Made by a program: the position numbers and the translations under genes. Source: a virus. Taken from it: DNA of 64,000 nucleotides. Below are positions 38,822 through 49,008 of this stretch, in pieces (position 1 is the stretch's first letter; every line of letters starts with the position of its first letter). The notes under the pieces were generated by a model, which saw nothing but the letters and a program-made list of their open reading frames with translations, did not search any database and was not told where the DNA came from. The DNA is taken from positions 6,411 through 70,410 of IMG/VR virus record IMGVR_UViG_3300032236_000643; one strand, 5' to 3'.

Positions 38822-39808
38822 TCACAAAGAAGCGAGGATCTTTAGGGCACGCGGCTTAGCCTCATCGCCCCGCAGCAAGATACGACTGATAAGCGCATCG
38901 TCTTTACGTGATTCTGAATAATGGTCACGTAATTCAATGGCTGCTTGGTACACGCCCCATTTCGTGTCGCGAATGCCTTCCATCGTGATCTCACCATCAA
39001 CACCGCGATAGATACTCCAGAAACGGGAACGGCGTTCCATCACGTTTGCCATTTGCCGTTCGGTCATATCCGTTGAGTAAGGAATCCACCGGTCCACAAA
39101 CTCCTCAACCTGAGTGTCACCGATGCGTGATACGGCAAGATCGCATGCCATAGCCATGAACACGTCATGTGAACCGACGGCCATTGTGATGTTGTCGCGT
39201 ACAAGGTCGACGCGGTCTTTCCAGTTAGCAGTGTGTTTGAACTTGGAGTCCATGCCTGTTCGACGAAATTCTTCGTCGGCCGCTCGTTGTGTATTGGCAC
39301 ATACGACACGGACACTGTTAGGCCCGCAACGGAACGCATAGGAACCGTCATGACTGGTGTAGAACACGACGTATTGTGCGATAGGGGATGGGTCGCCTGG
39401 TACGCGGCCGACGCCAGTGATCATTGTTGCAGCGATGACACGACCTCCGCGCAAACTAACAAGTGCATCGAACTTTGGTGCGTGCCCTGTTGCGCCAGAC
39501 ATGACCATTTCAATCACGTCACCGAAATCACGATTAGTGATGGGGTGATACGTGTCAGGCATGACACTGAGAAGGTCGTGGTTGTCGCTGCGTCGAATGG
39601 ACTTATAACCCGGAATTTCTTCCAAGTTGAGTGTGCCATCTGGGTTTGCAGGCCGTGCATCATAAACGGGGAGTACGTCTAGGTCCCAGTCGATGCCGGC
39701 TTCTTTGGCTGCTAGTTCCCATGATCCTGGCCAATCAAAGAGCAGTTTCCCTTTGCCATGCCATGCTGGTTGGTTGACGAACATTCCTGAATTGACTTCG
39801 TCGCTCAT
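38822..39808 (-). CDS. DUF932-family protein
   Basis: PAWHGKG, AGIDW, SHDGS, VRVVCANT, KHT and TKWGVYQA motifs. Confidence 0.88.
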   Translation of the reverse strand: MSDEVNSGMFVNQPAWHGKGKLLFDWPGSWELAAKEAGIDWDLDVLPVYDARPANPDGTLNLEEIPGYKSIRRSDNHDLLSVMPDTYHPITNRDFGDVIEMVMSGATGHAPKFDALVSLRGGRVIAATMITGVGRVPGDPSPIAQYVVFYTSHDGSYAFRCGPNSVRVVCANTQRAADEEFRRTGMDSKFKHTANWKDRVDLVRDNITMAVGSHDVFMAMACDLAVSRIGDTQVEEFVDRWIPYSTDMTERQMANVMERRSRFWSIYRGVDGEITMEGIRDTKWGVYQAAIELRDHYSESRKDDALISRILLRGDEAKPRALKILASL

Positions 39809-39832
39809 TGCACTGCCTTTCGTTTCGTGTGG

Positions 39833-39988
39833 TTACGGGCGGTTGAGTTCGGTGTGATCGTTGATGAACTTGGTCCACTGTCCGGTTGTGACGGAATTGT
39901 CATCGAGTAGTTCAAGTGCTAGTGCTAGGAAAAACGTTCCGCTGAGCATGAGTACAGCTGCTTGTTTTGGTGTGAGTTTTTTAGGCAC
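39833..39988 (-). CDS. small hypothetical protein
   Basis: GTG start; ends RP-stop inside the 13-bp repeat. Confidence 0.5.
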   Translation of the reverse strand: MPKKLTPKQAAVLMLSGTFFLALALELLDDNSVTTGQWTKFINDHTELNRP

Positions 39989-39998
39989 GTTTGTCCAT

Positions 39999-40184
39999 TC
40001 ATATGGTTGCTTTGGATACGAACTGGTCCACGGACGTCTTGGTGATACGTATGGACGCTCGGTGCTGTCCTGTTGTGCCGATGTTGATTCCCTGTAACCT
40101 CCCTCGTGCGACAAGTTGGTAAACGTAGGCACGGCTACATTTGAGTAGTTCCGCTACCTCTAACGGGGTGTAGTAGGTGTCCAT
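39999..40184 (-). CDS. xis: excisionase/Cro-like HTH protein
   Basis: YYTPLEVAELLKCSRAYVYQLVARGRL..RI HTH_17-like; divergent from the repressor. Confidence 0.8.
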   Translation of the reverse strand: MDTYYTPLEVAELLKCSRAYVYQLVARGRLQGINIGTTGQHRASIRITKTSVDQFVSKATI

Positions 40185-40386
40185 GGCATTTTTGTAGCAC
40201 AGTGTCCATGAATGTGTCACGTTGTGTGACATTGTGTCTCGTTTCAACTGTTCGTTATGTAATCGTGACCAAAAGATGATCATGATTGACCTCTTTTCGG
40301 TTGCGTGAACGTTCCGAGACGGGCAATAGTGCATACATACACGCACGTTGCGCCGCAATTTAACGCTAAATAGCTTTGGAGCTCAC

Positions 40387-40761
40387 ATGTCACGCGGAAC
40401 CGTCGAACTAGACAATGAGCAAGCCGGAAAACTAGCTGGTGAACTAGCACATCGACGCATCTCCATGGGATACCGATCCGCTCGCTCACTCGCACGCGAA
40501 ACAGGATTGGATTACAGAACCATCACTGGGCTGGAATCCGGAACACCCAGGTCAGTCGATCGCAACACGCTCGTCACCCTTGAAATCGGCCTCAATTGGC
40601 CCGCAGGAACCATCGACCGAATGATCAACCAAAGCAACGTCACCATAAAAGAGGTCACGTTGCTTGTCGCCGATGACGTCGCATCTGACATCGTTGATCG
40701 CGCAAAAGGAATCGCACAAGCTGCGTTTGACGCATACATAAACCAGAGCAGGGTGGACTGA
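40387..40761 (+). CDS. immunity repressor (XRE helix-turn-helix)
   Basis: RRISMGY.SARSLARETGL..TITGLESG..LE.GLNW.AG. Confidence 0.8.
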   Translation: MSRGTVELDNEQAGKLAGELAHRRISMGYRSARSLARETGLDYRTITGLESGTPRSVDRNTLVTLEIGLNWPAGTIDRMINQSNVTIKEVTLLVADDVASDIVDRAKGIAQAAFDAYINQSRVD

Positions 40762-41876
40762 TGGCGTACATCCGTCGCTTAGAGTCTGGCAAATGGCAAG
40801 GCTACGTCCGCTTACCGAACGGTAAGAAACTGACAAAATCGGCAACCCTTAAAGGGACGATTGTTGACTGGGCGAAAGAGAAGGAAAGCGAAATCGCTCG
40901 GGGCGAGTACGTCGAACCACATGAGATCACTACTCACACGTATAAGACGTGGCGTGAGTACTTCATGAGTATTCGAACCGTCGAGCCCGAAACCTTACGC
41001 GGGGATAAGGCGATCATGAGCACGCATATCGCTCCGTTCTTTGATTCGTTTGATCTGAAAAACATCAAGCCTTCCACGGTTAAAGCGTGGACTGCTCGGA
41101 TGCAGAAAGATGAAGTGGGCTTGTCTGCTCAGGTGCGTGCGTTTAACTTGTTTCGCACGTCAATGAAACTTGCAGTCTCAGACGAGTTGATACCGTCCAA
41201 TCCCGCCGAGCAGGTTTCGTCACCTAAGGTACAGAAGACAAGCGTTGAATGGTTTAACCGTGAACAAGTTGAGGCGATCCTTGTTGAGTTAAGTGAACGC
41301 GATAAGGCGATGACGTTGCTCATGGCGTGGGTTGGTTTGCGTTGGGGTGAGTGTGCCGGGTTGCGTGTTCAAGACGTTGATTGGTTGCGTCGGTACATTT
41401 CTGTCAATCAAGTGGTCACACAAGGATCTCGGATTAAGGATTATCCAAAGTCCAGTGCGTCCCGCCGTGACGTACCTGTTCCCTCGCATGTGGTGGATGC
41501 GTTGTCTCCGTTTGCGATGGGGAAGAAACCTGAAGATTTATTGTTCGTGACACCTCGCACGGGTAAGCCATTGAATGGTCCTAATTGGCGTCGAACGTTC
41601 AGCGAGGCGATTGAACGAGCCAACGTGACTGCTAAGAAGAACAAGTCTGCGTTGGTTATTCCTGATTACACGCCTCATTCGTTGCGTCACACAGCTGCAT
41701 CATGGTTAGTGCAGGCTGGGGTTCCTTTGATGGAAGTTCAGCGTCTGTTGGGCCATTCAACACCGACGATGACGAATCGTTATGCGCATTTAGCGCCTGG
41801 TGCTCATTCAGCGGTGGAGAACGCGTGGAAGGCGTTGAATCCTATTGGAACGATGCCTTCTACGCTAGAACATTAA
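40761..41876 (+). CDS. int: tyrosine integrase
   Basis: GLRWGE, HSLRHT, LGHS and RY catalytic motifs. Confidence 0.95.
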   Translation: MAYIRRLESGKWQGYVRLPNGKKLTKSATLKGTIVDWAKEKESEIARGEYVEPHEITTHTYKTWREYFMSIRTVEPETLRGDKAIMSTHIAPFFDSFDLKNIKPSTVKAWTARMQKDEVGLSAQVRAFNLFRTSMKLAVSDELIPSNPAEQVSSPKVQKTSVEWFNREQVEAILVELSERDKAMTLLMAWVGLRWGECAGLRVQDVDWLRRYISVNQVVTQGSRIKDYPKSSASRRDVPVPSHVVDALSPFAMGKKPEDLLFVTPRTGKPLNGPNWRRTFSEAIERANVTAKKNKSALVIPDYTPHSLRHTAASWLVQAGVPLMEVQRLLGHSTPTMTNRYAHLAPGAHSAVENAWKALNPIGTMPSTLEH

Positions 41877-41879
41877 CTC

Positions 41880-42137
41880 GCGGCGCTGGAGCGGCGCTGG
41901 AGATGTCAGAGGCCCTTCAGCGTGGAGTCTGAAAGGGCCTCTGACCTGCGGTCTTACAGTGGGCGATACAGGAATCGAACCTGTGACCTCTTCCGTGTCA
42001 AACAACGATTAAAGTATCACCCAGTTGTATCACGTTACATTCATAGACAGCATGAATGCTTATGATGCAAGAAATCGTGTCTACAGTTAGCAGGGATCAC
42101 ATGGACGTAACTGCTGGCGGCGCTGGAGCGGCGCTGG
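41880..42137. mobile_element. attP site: core is the 3' half of tRNA-Val(GAC) at 41959-42000, flanked by arm-type repeats
   Basis: Minus strand TGACACGGAAGAGGTCACAGGTTCGATTCCTGTATCGCCCA; GCGGCGCTGGAGCGGCGCTGG at 41880-41900 and 42117-42137; hairpin at 41905-41945. Confidence 0.85.
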
Positions 42138-42320
42138 CTAATACCCCATTCGATCAAGTGCGTTCCCGATTACGTCAGGCATCTCCTTAATCATCCGCTC
42201 CACGTGTTCGTCAACGTTTCCGTGAATAGTGACAACGACGCGGGCGTCCGTCTTCAAACTATCTATCGTGATAGTCAGCGTCTCCCCTTCGGTGATGGCG
42301 TAGATCGCCTCCCCTCTCAC
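42138..42320 (-). CDS. hypothetical protein
   Basis: GTGA overlap; last gene of the leftward replication operon. Confidence 0.5.
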   Translation of the reverse strand: MRGEAIYAITEGETLTITIDSLKTDARVVVTIHGNVDEHVERMIKEMPDVIGNALDRMGY

Positions 42321-42676
42321 GACAAGTCCATGGATGATTTGATTAACGATCCTTGTGATCGAGCAATATCGATCTGCACGCGCAACCGTTCACAGTTACG
42401 CCTGCTTGCCATGATCCGTGCCTTACTTTCCGCATGAGCGATGATCAGATCAGACGTTTCCGAAATAGTCTTTGCCTTCTTCTCATCCACAGTGATTTTC
42501 CTGTCAGTCGGATCGATAGACAGGAAGGATCTAGCTTTAGCGACTTCAAGTTTCGCCTCAGCGAGATGAAACGCATACTCATGATCCGCGCACTCAATAG
42601 TCGCCAGGTCCAACTCCAAAGACAGTTCATACAAACGAGCCTCAATATCGATGAGGGTCAACGGTCGTTCACTCAC
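42317..42676 (-). CDS. coiled-coil hypothetical protein
   Basis: GAGAGG RBS; helical composition. Confidence 0.65.
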   Translation of the reverse strand: MSERPLTLIDIEARLYELSLELDLATIECADHEYAFHLAEAKLEVAKARSFLSIDPTDRKITVDEKKAKTISETSDLIIAHAESKARIMASRRNCERLRVQIDIARSQGSLIKSSMDLS

Positions 42677-43062
42677 GATGCATCCTCTCTCATGCACACA
42701 CATGGGATCTCAAATGTTTGGCAGTTAAAGCAATACTCAACGTTGGTGTACGTTCCATCCGACGCGAGTAATACAGGTCGACGACCGTGCAAGAACACTG
42801 GCTTAGCAGTTGGATCTTCAAAAGATCGAACGATCCACCCGTACTTTGCGGCGTGACCTGGTTTCAGGTGAACACTGTTTGTTCCAAGGTTGTGACACGC
42901 GTGGTCTAAACACACCAGATTGGTTGTCGTGTCATCTCCGCCTTGGCTACGTAGTTTGCGGTGATGTACAGCCATGTTGTCGTACGTGATGGCGGTTCCA
43001 CATCGTTCACAGCGCGCTTGGCTACGAAAGAACACTTGGGCTCGAAGTGTCGAGTCCACCAT
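42673..43062 (-). CDS. HNH endonuclease
   Basis: CERC..HHRKLRSQGG..NLVCLDHACH. Confidence 0.85.
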   Translation of the reverse strand: MVDSTLRAQVFFRSQARCERCGTAITYDNMAVHHRKLRSQGGDDTTTNLVCLDHACHNLGTNSVHLKPGHAAKYGWIVRSFEDPTAKPVFLHGRRPVLLASDGTYTNVEYCFNCQTFEIPCVCMREDAS

Positions 43063-43237
43063 CTGCTCCTTTGTTGCTGATAGTAATGCGACACGTGATG
43101 TCTAACTCTGTGCCTGCTAAGGGATTGGAACTGAGGGAGAGCGTGAACGCGTTAACGAAATCAAGCAGCCCTTGAACGGTGTCGTGGTGTATGCCGAGGA
43201 CTTCACCGTCTGTATCGATCGTGGTTGTTATTGACAC
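43022..43237 (-). CDS. hypothetical protein
   Basis: AAGGAG RBS before GTG. Confidence 0.55.
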   Translation of the reverse strand: MSITTTIDTDGEVLGIHHDTVQGLLDFVNAFTLSLSSNPLAGTELDITCRITISNKGADGGLDTSSPSVLS

Positions 43238-43245
43238 GTCACTCC

Positions 43246-44016
43246 TTAGAATTTTGCGTGTGGGCAGATCTTGTCGAAAGAACACCAGCTCTTGCACTCT
43301 TTGATGCTGGGGTAACCAGGCAGCATGGGTGGCAAGAGTTCATGGCGCTCATAATCAAGCAACGCTTCAATGTTGTTCCGAGTAAGCGCTTTAAGCTCAT
43401 CGTCATAGAAGACGACGTATTCAACCCAATCAACTTTGTATGAACGGCTCTCATACACGACGGAGAACCAGTCAAGGTTCGCGGCTTCGCAGTACGCGCC
43501 GATCTGTTTGAGGTGTTTTTCAAGCGGTTTCTTGTTTGAAAGAACTTGAGCGTATGTCGCCTCGTTCGTGGTCTTTAACTCAAAACCGCCGACACCACCG
43601 AACTCTTCAACAGGTGACATGAGACCGTCTAGTTGTCCTCCAAAATGCCACGGTTCATACGTGACGTAATGCTCAATTTCAAGGAGGAACCCTGCGGACA
43701 GTCCAACTTCTTGCCAGAAGTAGTGACGGTACGTTCCGTCACGCATGATCTCCCTGCTTGTCGTCTTTGCGTCCTCACCGATGTAGCCACGATAAGAAAG
43801 CATTTGTTGGCGATGACACGAACCAAGCAGTGAACCACGGAAACGTCCCTCACCATCGGAACGATCACCGGACAAATCTTTTAACCGTTGTTCGTTCACA
43901 CGTTTCACTGCGGATTCGGTGATCACTCCATCCCATCGGACCAAGGCTTTTGTGATTGGACCAGCAGCGGAACCTTGTGAAACGTCACGTCTTAGTTGAG
44001 CGTAATCTTTTGTCAC
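43246..44016 (-). CDS. Cas4/RecB-like PD-(D/E)xK exonuclease
   Basis: GSC.R, GT..H, G.LDG, ELKT, Q..AY and terminal C..C.F..C motifs. Confidence 0.8.
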   Translation of the reverse strand: MTKDYAQLRRDVSQGSAAGPITKALVRWDGVITESAVKRVNEQRLKDLSGDRSDGEGRFRGSLLGSCHRQQMLSYRGYIGEDAKTTSREIMRDGTYRHYFWQEVGLSAGFLLEIEHYVTYEPWHFGGQLDGLMSPVEEFGGVGGFELKTTNEATYAQVLSNKKPLEKHLKQIGAYCEAANLDWFSVVYESRSYKVDWVEYVVFYDDELKALTRNNIEALLDYERHELLPPMLPGYPSIKECKSWCSFDKICPHAKF

Positions 44017-46808
44017 AGGGACTCCTTGTTCTTCTCAGCACGGAGCGCGGCCTTCGCAGCTCGTTCAGCTTTCTTCAGCGCGGCTTGAGCGGCTTTCTCT
44101 TCTTTAAGTTTGCGAGCATGCTCACGCTCCGCCTGAATGATGGGATCTCGTTCTAAACCAGAAAGTGCCCCTACTTTGTCTAACTGAGCGATAACCCCAC
44201 CGCACGCAGCTGGTGAGTGACCGATGCCAAGTGATTTTGCGCCTGATACTGCGCTAGATACGCGCATCGCTAGATCATCCAATGACGTGTAGGGCTGGTG
44301 GAGGACGATCTCGTTAGCTACAGCACCACCAATTCTGTCAACGCTCTCTAAGCCGCGACGTATCGCGTTTAATGCGGGTTCGACTGTCCAGGATCGTTTT
44401 GACCGGTTGACGTGAACGGGCAATATTTTTACGCCGTCTTCTTTTGCGGCCAAAGGATAGGCTTCCTTGTGTTTAAGTTCTGCCCTGTTTGGCCCGCGTC
44501 CCCACCAGATTTTTCCGTCTGACTCTCCGTACGCATCTAGCACGCCAGCCCAAAACTCAAGTGGATAGTTGGCGCGCAAGTATGCGGTCACGTAAGCAAT
44601 GACCGCGTATGAGGTTGAGTGTGCTTTGTTGAAACCGTAATCCGCGTACGCGTTCACAGCTTCGTTCAACCATGCAATGTCCTCTGCGGACATGCCTGCA
44701 TCAAACGCGTGTTGCTGGATCTTCTTTTGCAACTCGGCCATCGTTTTACGGGCAGCAGCAACGTTGTCGTTGGATGATTTGATGGCTTTACGTGCCTTCT
44801 CGATCTCTTCAACCGTCAAACCAAGTTTCTTCAAAATGTTGAGAACTTGTTCTTGGTACAGGACAACGCCATACGTGTCTGACGTTTCATCCATAATCAT
44901 TTTGTGTCGCGTAGGTATGGTCTCCTTGCCGATGCGTCGGTTGATGAATCGTTCCGTTGCACCTGAGTTGATGACTGCTGGACGGTATAAAGCCATTGCG
45001 GCGATCAGATCCGTGAACTTGTTTGGTTTCAGTTGTTTCATCCCGCGGGCCATCGCTCCGCCTTCTAACTGGAAAAGCGCAGTGGTGTCTTTTGTGCAAA
45101 TGAACCGGAACGTTTTAGTGTCATTGAACGGGATCTCGTCGAACGTCAACCCAGCAAGTTCTAACGTGATTTTGATTGCCGTCATCGTCATACCGTTGAG
45201 CAGGTCAAGTTTCACAAACCCAAGTTTTTCGACGTCGTTCATCTCAAACTGGGTGACAAACTTTTCACCTGATTTTGAGTACATGATGGGTACGACAGCA
45301 GCTGTTGCTTCATCGGGTGTGATCATCAGACCGGCAGCGTGAACACCATATGCTTTGAGGGGCTTGTGTTCAGCGAGGCGCTTCAAACGTTCTAGTTCAC
45401 GTGCTGGTGGTTGTGCTTTGAGGTCACCTCCTTTTTTAGCGTTCAGGCTTTGCCACTTTCGTAACAGTGTGCCTTTTGCATCTTCGCTGCCATCATCGTT
45501 AATTCCCATGCGCTGCCATGTTCCGATGCGTATGGTGTGGTGGCGTGATGAGATCCAGTCGATAACTTCATCTCGACGACGGTGCTCAATATCCAAGTCG
45601 ATGTCCGGTGGTTTAGTCCGATCGCGTGATAGGAACCGGTCGAACGGTAGGTTCCATTTAACGGAATCCATCGTGGTGATACCGAGTAGCCAACAAAGCA
45701 AACTGCCTGATGCTGATCCTCGTACGCCGAAGAAAATGTCTGACTCTCGCATGAAGTCACACACTGTTTGAGTGAGCAGTAGATAACCGGAAAACCCTGC
45801 TCCGATCACAACAGTGAGTTCTTCCTCGATGCGATCCTCGTAGACCTTACGTTTCGATACGGGAATCAGACCAGATTCAACTTTGCTCGCGAACCCTGCT
45901 GTCACAGCTTCACGTAGCAACCGGTCAGGGTTACCACCCGTGTCAGGGATGTGAAGTTTGTACGTGTCCAATTCGGGGATAGTCACACTGGCAATGGACT
46001 CTAAATGCGCCAATCCCTCAAGTCCACGGTTCAGTTGATCTGGTGTGTAACGAGTTTCTAGCCAAGATCTGTCGACCATGTGGTAGCCGTCACCAGGGAA
46101 GATCGCATCATCTGCGTCATCACTCCAACTAGACAACAATTTGAGCATGTCATGGTCTTCACGATCTTTCTCATGACAATAATGCGAGTCCTGCGTGATG
46201 ATCGTTGGAATGCCTAACGATTTCGCTATCGCATCCAACTGTGCAACATGCGCATCCTCGTTTTGCTTATCAATGTTGTGATGCTGCAACTCGATGTACA
46301 AACCTGAACCAAACCACGAGTCAAGGCTGGCAAGGACGTTCCGCACAGATCGCGTATCACCTTCACGTAACAGTTTCGGCAAGACACCAAACCAGCAACC
46401 AGACAGGGCAGCCACGCCTTCAAGGCGTCCGTCACGTGCAGCTTGAGCAAAGTCAGCAAAATCCAAGACTGGCTTGTAATAGAACTGTTTGTTTGATTGA
46501 GATACAAGGCTGACGAGATTGCGGTAACCGATGGTGCTGGTGGCTAACATGCCCATGTGCATGGTGTTTCGTGACTTCTCACGACGGTTCACGTGAATGT
46601 ACGCTTCAACACCTGGTAAGGGTTTGATGTCCGCTTTCTTACATGCAACGTACAGTTGTGCCGCACCGCCCATGTTTCCGTGGTCTGTTAGTCCAAGGGC
46701 TGGGTAGTTGAGTTCCACTGCTCGGTCAACGATTTGTTGCGGAGTTGGTAACGCATCGCCGATTGAGTATTTGGAGTGCGTGTGAGCGGACCAAAATGTG
46801 GTGTTCAT
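44013..46808 (-). CDS. dnaE: DnaE-like DNA polymerase III alpha subunit
   Basis: PHP domain (HTHS, LTDHG, DSHY), RGSASGS, PDIDLD, HAAG, KLDLL, YQEQ and FNKAHS motifs. Confidence 0.95.
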   Translation of the reverse strand: MNTTFWSAHTHSKYSIGDALPTPQQIVDRAVELNYPALGLTDHGNMGGAAQLYVACKKADIKPLPGVEAYIHVNRREKSRNTMHMGMLATSTIGYRNLVSLVSQSNKQFYYKPVLDFADFAQAARDGRLEGVAALSGCWFGVLPKLLREGDTRSVRNVLASLDSWFGSGLYIELQHHNIDKQNEDAHVAQLDAIAKSLGIPTIITQDSHYCHEKDREDHDMLKLLSSWSDDADDAIFPGDGYHMVDRSWLETRYTPDQLNRGLEGLAHLESIASVTIPELDTYKLHIPDTGGNPDRLLREAVTAGFASKVESGLIPVSKRKVYEDRIEEELTVVIGAGFSGYLLLTQTVCDFMRESDIFFGVRGSASGSLLCWLLGITTMDSVKWNLPFDRFLSRDRTKPPDIDLDIEHRRRDEVIDWISSRHHTIRIGTWQRMGINDDGSEDAKGTLLRKWQSLNAKKGGDLKAQPPARELERLKRLAEHKPLKAYGVHAAGLMITPDEATAAVVPIMYSKSGEKFVTQFEMNDVEKLGFVKLDLLNGMTMTAIKITLELAGLTFDEIPFNDTKTFRFICTKDTTALFQLEGGAMARGMKQLKPNKFTDLIAAMALYRPAVINSGATERFINRRIGKETIPTRHKMIMDETSDTYGVVLYQEQVLNILKKLGLTVEEIEKARKAIKSSNDNVAAARKTMAELQKKIQQHAFDAGMSAEDIAWLNEAVNAYADYGFNKAHSTSYAVIAYVTAYLRANYPLEFWAGVLDAYGESDGKIWWGRGPNRAELKHKEAYPLAAKEDGVKILPVHVNRSKRSWTVEPALNAIRRGLESVDRIGGAVANEIVLHQPYTSLDDLAMRVSSAVSGAKSLGIGHSPAACGGVIAQLDKVGALSGLERDPIIQAEREHARKLKEEKAAQAALKKAERAAKAALRAEKNKESL

Positions 46809-47227
46809 ACGCTGCCTCGAACAACATGTCCTGATTGAACGACGGGTCGAATGTTCCCGCGAATCCAATTCTCGGCAAGAACAGCGTCGTTCAATGTCTT
46901 CATGATGACGAGACCGTTTGGATCGTAACTAACAAACTCACCGTCACGTCGTTCGTAGGATGTCCAGTTAGAGAACGCTGATTCGTCTTCCTTATAGAGA
47001 ATCCAATCTCCATCAGTCCACTCGGGCATGTTGTTGCGTTCTTGAAGTTTCATCCACGCTTGTTCAAGGGCACGAATGGTCGCATCTGCAATCGTTGCGT
47101 CTGGCGTGGGAGCGTTTAGTACACGCTCAAGGTGTTCGGATATCTGAACTTTTTCCCCGGAGTAAACAGAGTTCCCACCTGCTTTGTTAACCCCGATTGT
47201 GACCGTTACGTACAGTGTGCTAGACAT
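46805..47227 (-). CDS. hypothetical protein
   Basis: ORF preceded by repeat and RBS; ATGA overlap with dnaE. Confidence 0.65.
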   Translation of the reverse strand: MSSTLYVTVTIGVNKAGGNSVYSGEKVQISEHLERVLNAPTPDATIADATIRALEQAWMKLQERNNMPEWTDGDWILYKEDESAFSNWTSYERRDGEFVSYDPNGLVIMKTLNDAVLAENWIRGNIRPVVQSGHVVRGSV

Positions 47228-47308
47228 GGAACTGCCTTTCGTTTCGTGTGGTTACGGGCGAGGGTATGAGGGGCAGGGACTGCGAATTCCCTGCCCCTCA
47301 TCTGTTTC

Positions 47309-48232
47309 CTACAAACTTGCTGTTGCAAGCCCGATCAACTGAGCGCGTGACAAGCCTGGCTTCACAGGAACGCCGGCCTTCTTCAACAGTTGAGTGATGC
47401 GTGCATCGGTCATGTCATCGAACGATGGTCCTAGCGTGACTTCTTTGACGATCTCAGCGAAATCATCAACACCATCAACGGACACTTCTTCCGCAACGTC
47501 AGGTTCAGCAAACTTCACGTCATCGCGTGCAGCACCAAACGAGACGCCAGACACAGATTCGATGTGGTCCATGAGCTGGTCCCGGCGTAACTGCAACAGC
47601 AATGGAATGTTGTACGGTTGCGGTAGGTCGATGGGCAGGGAGTCGCGTGCAATCTGAAGTACTGGTGGTTGCATCTTCGGAAACGAAAGCATGAACTTAC
47701 GTCCCAAGAGACTGAAATTCTCGGATACGTCACGCCATCCGTTGATGATCTGAATGATTGCCTTGTAACGAGCCTCAGATACGACCAAAATCCGATGCGA
47801 CTCTTGCACACCGTTATCAGTGTTTTCGATCTGAACAATGTTGAAACCAACCTTCGTTTCAACAGGACGGATCGGTCGAGGATGATCACCGAAACGAGGA
47901 ATGTACGGTTCAACGAGCGCTAGCAGTGGATCTGAGTCTGGTCCGTGGCTGTCGTCAACGGGTACGCCGCGTAGGCCACCTGGAACGTCAGTGATCCCGC
48001 CAACGAAACCGTTTTGTGCAAAAATTTCTCGCCATCCGTACCACCCGAAATCCTCATGCTTTGTCCACGGGTCGGTCACAAAATAGAACGTGTACGAGGT
48101 GTCTTGCTTAGCGTTCCAGAACGCGTAACGGCCATCTGATGATGAACTCATGGCAGGCTTAGGTGCGAGTAAGGCGTCCAAATCAACGGCGCGGAAGTCC
48201 ACGGAAAAACCTGTGTTGTTGTCAATTGACAT
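47309..48232 (-). CDS. hypothetical replication protein (possibly ssDNA-binding)
   Basis: AAGGAG RBS; acidic C-terminal region; replication operon context. Confidence 0.6.
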   Translation of the reverse strand: MSIDNNTGFSVDFRAVDLDALLAPKPAMSSSSDGRYAFWNAKQDTSYTFYFVTDPWTKHEDFGWYGWREIFAQNGFVGGITDVPGGLRGVPVDDSHGPDSDPLLALVEPYIPRFGDHPRPIRPVETKVGFNIVQIENTDNGVQESHRILVVSEARYKAIIQIINGWRDVSENFSLLGRKFMLSFPKMQPPVLQIARDSLPIDLPQPYNIPLLLQLRRDQLMDHIESVSGVSFGAARDDVKFAEPDVAEEVSVDGVDDFAEIVKEVTLGPSFDDMTDARITQLLKKAGVPVKPGLSRAQLIGLATASL

Positions 48233-48268
48233 AGCGGGTATTACTCCTTGGGTTGTGTGGTTACGGGA

Positions 48269-48580
48269 TTAAAACGCTTTTTGCTGCTCACGACGTGCTT
48301 CCGCGTCAGCAGCTGCACGATCAGTGACGTCTTTCTTCATGCGAGCAATCATTTCCGCATGGATCTGGTGTGCAGATTCAGTGATCCGGTAAAAGAACTG
48401 GTCACTGGTCTCAACTTGTGTTTCCCCTTCCTCGTCGATGTATGCGGCGGGACTGTCTTCAAGCATGACTTTTGGCCAATGCTGCTGACCGTTCCATGTG
48501 AACGTTGATCCAACCGAGATGGTGAGTCGCCCTTCGCTCGTGATGAATGGTTGGAAAACTTGTTCCTCATCAGTACTCAT
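48269..48580 (-). CDS. hypothetical protein
   Basis: GGAG RBS; packed in operon; start uncertain. Confidence 0.6.
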   Translation of the reverse strand: MSTDEEQVFQPFITSEGRLTISVGSTFTWNGQQHWPKVMLEDSPAAYIDEEGETQVETSDQFFYRITESAHQIHAEMIARMKKDVTDRAAADAEARREQQKAF

Positions 48581-48986
48581 CTGAAGCATCTCCAAGCTGC
48601 TTGAACATGATGTACGGAGCGTTCTGCTTCACGTACTCAACCTGTGTGGCGATATCAGGAGTGATATTGCCGAGGATCTTAAGGTTCCCCCACGCTTCCG
48701 TATCGATGACACGTTTCGTCGCATCGATGTACAAGTCCTCGTCCAATTCGCGCAAAAGGTCAAGGTTCACGATGCTCTGATTCCGGCGAACCGTACTTAC
48801 CTTCCACTGACGACCGTAATCATCGGTGTAATTAACAGGCTTATCGATGAGTAGCGTGAGGTGAGCGTTGAGATCAGCGATCTCTTGTTCTAGTTCAGTC
48901 TTACGATCACGGAGTGATTTGAGGATTCGAATGGTGGCCTCAAGCCCTTCCATTTGACCTGTTTTCTCATCTGCAAGATGAGTCAT
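48570..48986 (-). CDS. hypothetical coiled-coil protein
   Basis: AAGGAG RBS preceded by the repeat. Confidence 0.65.
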   Translation of the reverse strand: MTHLADEKTGQMEGLEATIRILKSLRDRKTELEQEIADLNAHLTLLIDKPVNYTDDYGRQWKVSTVRRNQSIVNLDLLRELDEDLYIDATKRVIDTEAWGNLKILGNITPDIATQVEYVKQNAPYIMFKQLGDASDEY

Positions 48987-49008
48987 AGTAGAACTCCTTA
49001 CTGTGTGG

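Noticed and set aside
41959-42000. tRNA gene
   Set aside because: Only the 3' half is present, with no D arm or 5' acceptor strand; interpreted as the att core.
43246-44016. CRISPR-Cas system suggested by a Cas4-like protein
   Set aside because: No array or other cas genes; a solo exonuclease in the replication operon. The 13-bp repeats are irregularly spaced over 15 kb.
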